The notes under the pieces are model-generated. The model saw nothing but the letters and a program-made list of their open reading frames with translations. It was not told the origin of the DNA and made no database searches. A stretch of DNA of 56,575 nt from Methanobacteriota archaeon (GTDB lineage Archaea > Thermoplasmatota > Poseidoniia > MGIII > CG-Epi1): the NCBI GenBank assembly GCA_002687355.1, contig NYZZ01000036.1:1-56575 (forward strand). The letters run 5' to 3'. The position numbers and the translations under genes are program-made. Of the stretch, positions 48,794 to 56,575 are shown in pieces. Position 1 is the first letter of the stretch. Every line of letters begins with the position of its first letter.

Positions 48794-50230
48794 TCAGGCT
48801 TCCATCAAGCAAATGTTTGTCGGCTCTGAAAAGAATTCCAGCGAGTAGCGACCGCCCTCGCGACCAACGCCACTGTTCTTTATGCCTCCAAAAGGAACAC
48901 GCAGGTCACGGTGCAACCAGCAATTGACCCAAACCATTCCCGTGTCAATACCCTCAGCGATGCGCCGACCACGCTCCAGGTCGCGTGTCCAGACACTCCC
49001 TGCCAAGCCATATTCGGTGTTGTTGGCTATAGCAAGCGCCTCGTCGTCATTCTCGAATGGATGTAGAGTCACCACTGGGCCAAATATCTCCTCGGTTGCG
49101 GATCGGGAATCAGGTGCTAAACCCTCGATTACAGCTGGCTCCAGGAACGCCCCAGAATCGAATGGGGGCTCCAGTGTCGGACGTTCTCCACCGCATAGGA
49201 CTGTGCCACCCTCCTCCTGCGCAAGGACAACATAACTCTCAACCTTCTTACGATGTTCCTGTGAAACCAAAGCTCCTAGGTCGCACGACGCTGGATCTCC
49301 AATACTCATAGCCTTGACATAAGCGACAAAACGTGGTACGAACTCATCCCAGATTGAGCGTTCGACGAGCAAGCGGCTGCCGCAGAGACAGACTTGCCCT
49401 TGATTCATGAAAGCCGCACGCGCCGCTCCGGGAATCGTCTTTTCAAGGTCAGCATCGCCGCATACGATCGTGGCGTTCTTGCCTCCTAATTCGAGTGAGA
49501 GTTTCTTGAACAACGGTGCGGCACCAGCGGCGACGCTACGTCCTGTCGACGTCCCACCTGTGAACGAAATCGCACCAACTGCAGGATGTTCCACCAATGC
49601 CTGCCCGCACTTAGATCCACTTCCATGAACTATGTTTACAACTCCTGGCGGTAGCCCGGCCTCAGTAACCACTTCAGCGAGCAGGTTGGCAGTCAGTGGC
49701 GTCAGACGCGAAGGCTTGCAAACAACGCAGTTACCCATCAAAATTGCAGGTGCCACCTTCCAAGACAGCAGGTAGAGTGGAAGATTCCAGGGCGTTATCA
49801 ATCCTGCAACGCCAACTGGTTTCCGTACTACCACATTCAGTGCATCTTTCATTTTATACAGCTCATCGGGAAGCTCACGTACCAATTCGGCGAAGAAACG
49901 AAAGTTCAGGGCACTGCGTGCAGCGTCCACTGCGCGCGCCAGAGCGACTGGCTTACCGGTATCTCTAGACTCCAGTTCAGCGATTTCGTCGCTGCGTGCT
50001 TCTAGGGCGCTAGCGATGCTATCAAGCCAAACCGCGCGCTCCTCCACAGGGAGTGCACCCCACTCTGGCTGCGCCATCTGAGCTCCGGCAACAGCCGTCT
50101 TGATATCGGCTGCGGTCGAAGAAGGAATCTCGGCAATTTTCTCGCCGGTGGCGGGGTTATGGTCGTCGAAATATTTTCCATCTTGTGGAGCAGTCCATTT
50201 GCCGGCGATGAGATTAGCAATCCTTCTCAT
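48794..50230 (-). CDS. NAD-dependent 2-amino/2-hydroxymuconate semialdehyde dehydrogenase-like ALDH
   Basis: 478 aa with ELGGKNA, the catalytic Cys in GQVCLCGSR, and ALNFRFFAE, which is typical of the XylG/DmpC/AmnC subgroup. Confidence 0.88.
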   Translation of the reverse strand: MRRIANLIAGKWTAPQDGKYFDDHNPATGEKIAEIPSSTAADIKTAVAGAQMAQPEWGALPVEERAVWLDSIASALEARSDEIAELESRDTGKPVALARAVDAARSALNFRFFAELVRELPDELYKMKDALNVVVRKPVGVAGLITPWNLPLYLLSWKVAPAILMGNCVVCKPSRLTPLTANLLAEVVTEAGLPPGVVNIVHGSGSKCGQALVEHPAVGAISFTGGTSTGRSVAAGAAPLFKKLSLELGGKNATIVCGDADLEKTIPGAARAAFMNQGQVCLCGSRLLVERSIWDEFVPRFVAYVKAMSIGDPASCDLGALVSQEHRKKVESYVVLAQEEGGTVLCGGERPTLEPPFDSGAFLEPAVIEGLAPDSRSATEEIFGPVVTLHPFENDDEALAIANNTEYGLAGSVWTRDLERGRRIAEGIDTGMVWVNCWLHRDLRVPFGGIKNSGVGREGGRYSLEFFSEPTNICLMEA

Positions 50231-51327
50231 CAGTCACCTCGATAGTCGGCGGGGTCGAAGTACCAGCGGTCCTGGTCAGGGTCCCAGTCATCCCAGGTTG
50301 GAATCGCCTCGAGCGCTTTCAGGTAGCGCTCCGGAACGACACCAGGAACCAAAAACGCCTTCTGGCGTCTCAGAGGATAGGGATTGCGCAGCTCTATTCC
50401 CAGCACACCCAGAATACCACGCGCGACGTACCAAGCAGCCTGTGGATTCCAGCCGTGGGCTATCTTGACAACTATTCCGAGACCCTCAGAATAGTCATCA
50501 TGGTCAATAGCCAGCCCAAGAAGTCCGTCGGCACCCTCCTTGGCAATTACGCGACCGTGGCCCGACTTGATGACTGTCGTATCGAGCCGGTTGAAACCGC
50601 CGACCAAGTCGGGGTGGCGCACCATTGCCTCCCATATCCAGTCCTCTTTGCGGTCGCGTACCAGCCCGGAATAGCACATAGCTAACTCGTTGACTGTGTT
50701 TGAGAGCGTCGGCAGTCCATCGCCATCTCGAGCTATGCGCTGTGGCTCCCATTTTGCGCCAAGGTAACGACGCACTTGCTCTAAGAATGCAAAAAAGAAA
50801 GGATGGCTCGGCAACGTGTAACCTGCACGGTTCCATCCCTTAGCACGGCAACCACGCAAAATGGCCGCATGTTGACCTGACGAATTGGAATACCAGCGGC
50901 GAGAACGGCGCACCTGTCGGCCAAACTGTACCAGCGGTGTGTCAAGAGGAGTCTGCATCAGACCCCAGTCGGAACGCGGCAGCAACGACTGTGCTGCGCG
51001 CACGTGCTCGGAAGTGCCGTTGTGGCTCGCGACGGTGATTGCCCTTTGCTCCCACTCCAGCTCCGCCAATTCATCAGTGAATACCTTCAGCATTAGCGGT
51101 TTCATCATCGAGCGACCGTAGCAGAGAACATTACCTCCGAAACTGTGAATGACCTCGTCGCCGTGGGACCAGGCTACCGCACCGTGAATAGTGGTTTCCG
51201 AGACTCCATTGCGCCGATAATCCACAAGCGGTTCCCACTCAACATCACGGCCAGTCGGAACATCACCCTCCAGTTCACCCAGTGGACTCTCTGGGTAGAG
51301 TTGAACCTTGTCAACAGGGTGACTCAC
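50230..51327 (-). CDS. Asparaginase-II-family (Rhizobium etli type) SxxK amidohydrolase homologue
   Basis: 365 aa with ..IHGAVAW.., YGRSMMKPLM (S-x-x-K), ASHNGTSEHV, NSSGQHAA and AKEGADGLLG, which follow the family's motif order. The substrate is unknown. Confidence 0.65.
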   Translation of the reverse strand: MSHPVDKVQLYPESPLGELEGDVPTGRDVEWEPLVDYRRNGVSETTIHGAVAWSHGDEVIHSFGGNVLCYGRSMMKPLMLKVFTDELAELEWEQRAITVASHNGTSEHVRAAQSLLPRSDWGLMQTPLDTPLVQFGRQVRRSRRWYSNSSGQHAAILRGCRAKGWNRAGYTLPSHPFFFAFLEQVRRYLGAKWEPQRIARDGDGLPTLSNTVNELAMCYSGLVRDRKEDWIWEAMVRHPDLVGGFNRLDTTVIKSGHGRVIAKEGADGLLGLAIDHDDYSEGLGIVVKIAHGWNPQAAWYVARGILGVLGIELRNPYPLRRQKAFLVPGVVPERYLKALEAIPTWDDWDPDQDRWYFDPADYRGD

Positions 51328-52562
51328 TGTAACGCCTCCACCTGTGGCACGACCTTGCTCATGAACACTTCCATATTATGCACAACTCGCGGAGAATCGT
51401 GGTTGAAGAAATCGAACCAGGCCATCACGCAATCTTCAGAATCAAACCGTTCCGCCAGCTGACCAGCGACTTCCTCAGCATTACCGATTACCGCATTATC
51501 GGCAGCGTTAGCTACCTTCATTGGATCTATCGTCCCCTCAAGCGCAGCCCAATAACTGCCAAGTGCCTGTTGTGCTTCCTCGCGAGCGGCAGACGAGCGT
51601 TCAGTCGCAGTCAATCCTGGCTCTTCATTCAAGAACACCATCACTGTGCGCGGCATGTAGTGGCGTTGCCATGGTCCACCGTCGGAGTGGTAGCATTCAC
51701 GCATGCGCGTATGCGTGGCCTCAATCACTTCCGGCAGTGTAATTGAAAGGTTGAATGTCTTGACTGGGCGCCACTGATTACATGCTACCTGCAATTCAGG
51801 ATCATGGCTGCCGAGGACTAGATCCAGCAACTCCTGCCGCCATTCCTGCGGGATTGTCTTGATTTCCTCGAACTCATAACGCCGTGGGATGGGGATTGCA
51901 TCTAGTGCTGCAGCAAGTGAATCGCGCTCAACTACTGCATCTTGTACTGCCTTCCAGTCATCATCAGAACGGAAATTATCGCGCGTTAGAACAGTTTCAC
52001 GCACCATCTCACTGCTCAACACCTCGCCATTGAGTAGTCGCAGGAAGATTTCGCACGCCTCGGCAAAAATTTGTCCACGTAGTGCCGGCCACGCCACTTC
52101 TTCCACGGCATCGTGCGGCACAATTCCGTAGGGACGTGCCATGAATTCGAAGCGGCCGGCAGAGAAACCAATGCGTAACCGCCGTTCCTCGGTGGGGTCC
52201 AGCCCGTGCAGCGCCAGGAACGCGCCGGTGCGTTCTGCTACACTGACTGGGCCACCGTGTGTCAGTAAACTCATGACGGCACTGCCGACCTCAATACGCT
52301 GTGTACGGGCGAAACAGAGCTGCGCCAACTGGAAAAAGTCAGTGCAAAGCCCCACTTCGCCTTCCCAGTGCGGCACCACCGGCTGCCGGTTGCGCTTCTG
52401 CACTTCGGTAGAGAGGTGCGCTTGGGCGACCCACGCCGTGCCGAATCCAAGCGCATCGGCAGCCTCCAGCTGCGTAAAGAAATTCTGATACATCTCCGCC
52501 TCGCTCGGTAATTGCCCCGCAACCGGTGTATGGCAGATAGAGAGGAATATGTCGAACAGCAT
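51324..52562 (-). CDS. Luciferase-like (LLM) flavin-dependent monooxygenase/oxidoreductase
   Basis: 412 aa from ATG 52562: MLFDIFLSICH..QLEAADALGFGTAWVAQAHLS.., a TIM-barrel LLM pattern. The upstream part of the track ORF overlaps the SDR gene. Confidence 0.75.
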   Translation of the reverse strand: MLFDIFLSICHTPVAGQLPSEAEMYQNFFTQLEAADALGFGTAWVAQAHLSTEVQKRNRQPVVPHWEGEVGLCTDFFQLAQLCFARTQRIEVGSAVMSLLTHGGPVSVAERTGAFLALHGLDPTEERRLRIGFSAGRFEFMARPYGIVPHDAVEEVAWPALRGQIFAEACEIFLRLLNGEVLSSEMVRETVLTRDNFRSDDDWKAVQDAVVERDSLAAALDAIPIPRRYEFEEIKTIPQEWRQELLDLVLGSHDPELQVACNQWRPVKTFNLSITLPEVIEATHTRMRECYHSDGGPWQRHYMPRTVMVFLNEEPGLTATERSSAAREEAQQALGSYWAALEGTIDPMKVANAADNAVIGNAEEVAGQLAERFDSEDCVMAWFDFFNHDSPRVVHNMEVFMSKVVPQVEALQ

Positions 52563-52564
52563 GC

Positions 52565-53302
52565 TCAGATGGACGACAGCCGCCCACCATCGACTGGGAG
52601 CACGACACCGCGTACGAAGCCCGCCTCCGGCGACGCGAGGAACGCAATCACCGCCCCTAGTTCCGAGGGCTGTGCTAATCGACCTTCCGGGACAGTAGCA
52701 AGCCACGCTTTTTCGACAGCGTCAGGTGTAACTCCGCGCTGCTTTGCCAACGACTGCTTCAGCTCATCCAGCCGCTGTGTCGCAGTATAGCCCGGCAGGA
52801 TGGAGTTGATGGTGACACTGGGCGGTAGTTCTTTGGATAGTGTCTTGGCCCACGCGGCCATCGCACCTCGCACCGTATTGCTGACTCCCAGTCCTGGAAT
52901 CGGCTCCTTGACCGATGTCGAGATTATGTTAATAATACGGCCGTAGCCCGCCTCGCGCATCCCCGGCAGCAGTAGCTTCACTAACGTATGCGACGCGAAG
53001 AGGTGGCGCCGTAGCGCTTTCTCGAAATCGGCTGGCGCTGCTTCAAGCAATGGTCCCGCGGGAGGACCTGCTGAGTTGTTGACCAGCACCTCGAACGCGC
53101 CATTAGCGTCTAGCTCTGCTTTTATAGTGGTCGTCAGTGTTGTAATGTCTTCCAGATCGCACGCCAATGTATTGGTACCAGTGGCGGAACGCGCCAGGAT
53201 TGTGACTGTAGCACCGCGCTCGCGTAGCGCCTCTGCAGATGCTGCACCAATGCCGTGCGTGCCGCCGCAAACCAACGCACGTTTCCCGGAGAGGTTACCC
53301 AT
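52565..53302 (-). CDS. Short-chain dehydrogenase/reductase
   Basis: From ATG 53302 the Rossmann motif is KRALVCGGTHGIGAA, followed by NNSAG. Classical SDR length. It overlaps the TDO 3' end by 8 nt. Confidence 0.85.
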   Translation of the reverse strand: MGNLSGKRALVCGGTHGIGAASAEALRERGATVTILARSATGTNTLACDLEDITTLTTTIKAELDANGAFEVLVNNSAGPPAGPLLEAAPADFEKALRRHLFASHTLVKLLLPGMREAGYGRIINIISTSVKEPIPGLGVSNTVRGAMAAWAKTLSKELPPSVTINSILPGYTATQRLDELKQSLAKQRGVTPDAVEKAWLATVPEGRLAQPSELGAVIAFLASPEAGFVRGVVLPVDGGRLSSI

Positions 53303-54287
53303 TTTCTCCTCCTGCAAAGCCATAGAATTCTGCGTTTTCCAGCTGTGGAAGTGCATTCTTCCGAATCAGAAGTGTGCGCACCGCCCAGAGGTCGCCAAAC
53401 ACACGCCACTGCGTCGTTGAGTCGAGGTAGTCTACTCCGCTCGAGCCGCCAGTCCCGGTACGTCGACCGATAATGCGCTCGACCATACGAGCGTGAGACG
53501 AGCGCCAAAGCACCATCTGCTCCTCCAGTTCAACTAGCGTGTCGACCAGTCGTCGCGGCCATGCCAGCAATGGCAACTCGCGGTAGGACTCAATGAAGAG
53601 CAAACCCGCGCGGGCGCGGTCCACTCCCCCATCGGGCGCGAGGAACTCGCGTGCGCCCTCAGCCTCGGCGGTAAAGCGCGCCTTGATTTCAGGCGTGCCA
53701 CCGTACTCCTCCGCCGTCTCGACGCCGAGCGTGGCGTGAGCTGCGAGGTAGTCATCGATGAAGCGGGTGACTATCGTATCGTCGCCTGCGTCGTCCGGTG
53801 CGGAACCCATAATGGGTGTGCGCGCCAGCCAGTCACTCACGACGGCGACCAACGGTCGTTTTTCGGCTGGACCTGGCAAGTCACGCTGCTCCCCGTCACG
53901 CAGCTGCGGTCCTAACAGCATCTCCATTTCGCGCATCTGGAATGACTGGAAGCCGGAGGCGGTACCGAGCTTGTCGCGGAAGTTCAGAAACTCCTGTGGC
54001 GTAAGTGTCTCCATTACCTTCCACTGCTGCGCCATCAGTCGGAAGGTTTCGATAACCCGGCGCAGGTGGTGCACCGCACGCGGGATGCGCTCTTCGGCAA
54101 CGTAGTCGCGGTCTAGGATGTCACGCGCCGCGCGCAGCTCCGAAATCACCAGCTTGAACCACAATTCAAAATTCTGATGGACCAGAATAAAATGAAGCTC
54201 ATCGGACGATGGTTTACCGTCTGTACCTTCCTGTAGCGCTAGCAATTCATCCAGCTGCAGGTACTCGGAGTAGCTCGGGGGCATCAT
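53295..54287 (-). CDS. kynA: Tryptophan 2,3-dioxygenase
   Basis: 330 aa. YSEYLQLDELLALQ..DELHFILVHQNFELWFKL carries the distal His motif. LWRSSHARMVERIIGRRTGTGGSSGVDYL carries the proximal His and the GTGGSSG motif. Confidence 0.88.
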   Translation of the reverse strand: MMPPSYSEYLQLDELLALQEGTDGKPSSDELHFILVHQNFELWFKLVISELRAARDILDRDYVAEERIPRAVHHLRRVIETFRLMAQQWKVMETLTPQEFLNFRDKLGTASGFQSFQMREMEMLLGPQLRDGEQRDLPGPAEKRPLVAVVSDWLARTPIMGSAPDDAGDDTIVTRFIDDYLAAHATLGVETAEEYGGTPEIKARFTAEAEGAREFLAPDGGVDRARAGLLFIESYRELPLLAWPRRLVDTLVELEEQMVLWRSSHARMVERIIGRRTGTGGSSGVDYLDSTTQWRVFGDLWAVRTLLIRKNALPQLENAEFYGFAGGENG

Positions 54288-54307
54288 CTGCCGAGCGGCG
54301 AGCGGTT

Positions 54308-56569
54308 TTAGTCGCTTCGGCGTCTTTTCAGCGCGATTATGGACATAGCGACCAAAGTAATGAGTAAGGATGTCGCAGGCAGTCTGGTATCGTCGTCTGT
54401 ATCGTATGTCTGCTCAGTGGTATCGTTAGCGGGAGGATTGCTAGTCTCGTCGACGGGAGGGTCGCCAGTGTTGTTAACGGGAGAGTCACCTGTCCCATTC
54501 CCACTAGCCGCTTGATATTCGACAACGATTACTTGCTGGTCTGCGAGAAGGGTCAAGTCCCAGCTATCGTATGCCACACCATCCACTTTCATAGTCAATG
54601 TGTGGTTGGCATCAGCAACCATATGCATGACTTGTTCTGCCGAGAAAGGCTGTCCCCAGATGTTGAAGAATGTACCTAAGTAAACTGGAGTCGACTCAGG
54701 TGTTTCGATGTGCAGTTTCCCACTAGCGTCGTGCGTGTGGATGGCATGCATGCCATTCGGGCAGGCATCGGTATCGATACCTGTGTTAGCCGGTATCGTT
54801 AGTGAGGTACCGTTGTCGAGAATTACCAGCATGATGTGGATGTGTTGTGCAAGGCCAGAATGATCGTCGAGGCAAACCTCCTCAAGTGGAGTTGACACTG
54901 TACCGCCGTTCTGGGTAAAGGTACAGCCATTACGATACACAGGTTCCCCGTAAGGTGATTCTGCGCACTCATCATCCGGGTCGACGATGCCATCACCATC
55001 AGCGTCGGGCGGCGCAGGCGGGTTGTTACCGCTGTAGGCGTCCAGAACCGGTTCCTGACCAGCAGCGTCGTACTGTGCCTGCGTACAACCACGCGGGAAT
55101 ATCGGCTCCCCGTCAGGCCACACCGTAGTGGGCGTGTCGGCACAGTTGTCCCAGCCGTTGCTGACACCGTCTTCATCGTCATCGGGCAGGCCACCGCCGG
55201 GTGGTTCACCTCCACCGCCGTTGTTGGTATTCGAGAGGTCTGGTACACCGCGATAACAGTAGATGAAATACGGGAATGCGTTGTTGGTGGAGATGGTACC
55301 GTCACCATCTGCGACGGGAGGTGTCGAGTAGTAGTGGTATATTCCATCCGGAAATTCGGGAGTCGCACCGAAACGGCCATTGCACGCATCAAGATCTCCA
55401 GAGCCTGCCTCGAAATGGTAATCCTGAATACCATTCTCACCCGCGGCTCCGTCATTCAGAAGGTAGGCCGAGCGAATCAGCTTCACACTACCATCACCTT
55501 CCCACCCGTAAGAGCCGTAAATTGGGTAGCCATCGAACGAGAAACCTATAATCGGTGAATGCTCGGTTTCATCTACTTGGCTGAAGTCATAATCAGTCCA
55601 GACGATATCATCATCCTCTTCGACAACGGATACCGACCCCTCCATTCCTCCGTGAAAATTGCAGCCATAATCATACGTTCCAGTCTCTGTGAATGTATAT
55701 GACCAAGTCGCTCCCTCTCCTATAGTTCCAGAGTGAAAATAATCGTCTTCCGCTGTTACGGTGTGGGAGCTGTCATCATCGTTAGTCCAGGTTACAGTGT
55801 CACCGACGTTGATTGTCAGGTCCTCAGGCAGGAAATCCTTGTCATCTGTTATTGTTACTTGATGGGTTTCTCCCTCATTTCCAGGGTGCCAGTGGACACA
55901 ATTGGAATCGAAATGATAGTGGTAGGTGCCACCGGGCCCGGAGTGGCCGCCGCAGACGCCGAGCCAGATATTCTGTTCCGTCTCCTCGTACTGTCCAATC
56001 TGTGTCGCCACAGCATCACCCCCGGGACCGTCCTCCGGCCCGTAGATGGGAGCGCCATTCAGTGCCACTGCAACAGGACCCAGTTCAGGCGCCAGCTCGC
56101 AGCCGTCCGCCGATGCTACAGGATTGCAGTCGGTGTCGTTGGTGGGTGAGAGAGGGAACCGCCACTCGTAATCCTGGGGTTCGACGCCATTCGTGCCTTG
56201 CCCTCCCGGGCCGGAATAGTGGTCGTGGTGCGGGACGCCACTCGTAGCGACAACCAGCTCGTCAGCGGTGAACGCCAGTTCGACTTCGCACTCGAGCGCC
56301 TTGGAATAATTCAGGTCCTGCACTGTCACCGCTTCCTGGCAGAGCCAGAGCGATCGTAGAAGCGCTTCCAAATCGTCGCCTTCCGGATTGTCGGCAGCCA
56401 CCGGGACTATTGCAAGAGGTGATAGTACCATCAAAAGAGCAATCGCAACGGCTATTGGACGCGTCAGGGTAGTGAGGCTGGGGCGCAGAAGGATAGTGCC
56501 AAAGAGTGCACAGAGCGAAATGTTGAAGGATGTGAACCACAGCAACAGGTCTATCTCGATGCCTTGCAT
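54308..56569 (-). CDS. Secreted multidomain protein: YHYH modules, cupredoxin insert, Ca-binding TSP3-like repeats and C-terminal membrane anchor
   Basis: 753 aa with a signal peptide. The YHYH-type motifs are GVCGGHSGPGGTYHYHF and DACNGRFGATPEFPDGIYHYY. The type-1 Cu ligand pattern is SSHTV..YGCNFHGGMEG. Asp-rich repeats are DDDEDGVSNGWDNC and DADGDGIVDPDDEC. A His-rich domain (HIHIML..MHAIHTHDASGKLHIE) is followed by the tail LPATSLLITLVAMSIIALKRRRSD. Confidence 0.7.
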   Translation of the reverse strand: MQGIEIDLLLWFTSFNISLCALFGTILLRPSLTTLTRPIAVAIALLMVLSPLAIVPVAADNPEGDDLEALLRSLWLCQEAVTVQDLNYSKALECEVELAFTADELVVATSGVPHHDHYSGPGGQGTNGVEPQDYEWRFPLSPTNDTDCNPVASADGCELAPELGPVAVALNGAPIYGPEDGPGGDAVATQIGQYEETEQNIWLGVCGGHSGPGGTYHYHFDSNCVHWHPGNEGETHQVTITDDKDFLPEDLTINVGDTVTWTNDDDSSHTVTAEDDYFHSGTIGEGATWSYTFTETGTYDYGCNFHGGMEGSVSVVEEDDDIVWTDYDFSQVDETEHSPIIGFSFDGYPIYGSYGWEGDGSVKLIRSAYLLNDGAAGENGIQDYHFEAGSGDLDACNGRFGATPEFPDGIYHYYSTPPVADGDGTISTNNAFPYFIYCYRGVPDLSNTNNGGGGEPPGGGLPDDDEDGVSNGWDNCADTPTTVWPDGEPIFPRGCTQAQYDAAGQEPVLDAYSGNNPPAPPDADGDGIVDPDDECAESPYGEPVYRNGCTFTQNGGTVSTPLEEVCLDDHSGLAQHIHIMLVILDNGTSLTIPANTGIDTDACPNGMHAIHTHDASGKLHIETPESTPVYLGTFFNIWGQPFSAEQVMHMVADANHTLTMKVDGVAYDSWDLTLLADQQVIVVEYQAASGNGTGDSPVNNTGDPPVDETSNPPANDTTEQTYDTDDDTRLPATSLLITLVAMSIIALKRRRSD

Positions 56570-56575
56570 GAATCC

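Noticed and set aside
52563-52706. 5' extension of the LLM ORF
   Set aside because: It overlaps the SDR 3' end. The LLM-like sequence starts at ATG 52562, 2 nt after the SDR stop.
54308-54400. LPATS plus hydrophobic helix plus RRRSD tail as a sortase (LPXTG) signal
   Set aside because: The motif lacks the Gly and no sortase gene is present. The architecture is equally explained as a plain TM anchor or a degenerate archaeosortase signal. It is kept only as a note.

Overview
The window is a gene-dense stretch of about 66 protein genes with many 1-11 nt start/stop overlaps. I found no rRNA, tRNA, CRISPR array or recognisable mobile element. The backbone looks archaeal: archaeal-type GluRS, GatD, Cgi121, diphthine-ammonia ligase, archaeosortase A with PGF-CTERM substrates, and A/T boxes about 25-30 nt upstream of starts. 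It is mixed with many bacterial-type genes (GyrB, XseAB, single-chain GcvP, a full suf operon, poxvirus/bacterial TopIB). This fits a marine Thermoplasmatota / Marine Group II-like genome, but that assignment is inference only. Main blocks: gyrB-gltX (1-3 kb); envelope, redox and transport genes (3-10 kb); a HEAT-RlmE-Dph6-GATase operon and GatD (11-15 kb); a compositionally mosaic low-GC segment with TopIB, PCD, MscS, a lipid-type methyltransferase and a repeat protein (16.5-21.5 kb); xseAB and two tandem PGF-CTERM paralogues (21.9-25.4 kb); IscA-NadA divergent from Rrf2-sufBCDSU-sufA-tusA (25.4-33 kb); ribA, archaeosortase, Nudix and gcvP (33-39 kb); the modified archaeal mevalonate module UbiX / MVK-UbiD-fused AcnX plus an ACBP-SnoaL fusion (39.5-45 kb). 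The best candidate for something undescribed is a ten-gene overlapped minus-strand operon at 45-54.3 kb. It joins tryptophan 2,3-dioxygenase to an AmnBACD-like 2-aminophenol ring-cleavage module, together with an SDR, a luciferase-like monooxygenase, an asparaginase-II-type SxxK amidohydrolase, a formyltransferase and a methyltransferase. A secreted YHYH-cupredoxin protein ends only 20 nt upstream of it. All calls rest on reading the translated ORFs and recalled family motifs. No database search was run.
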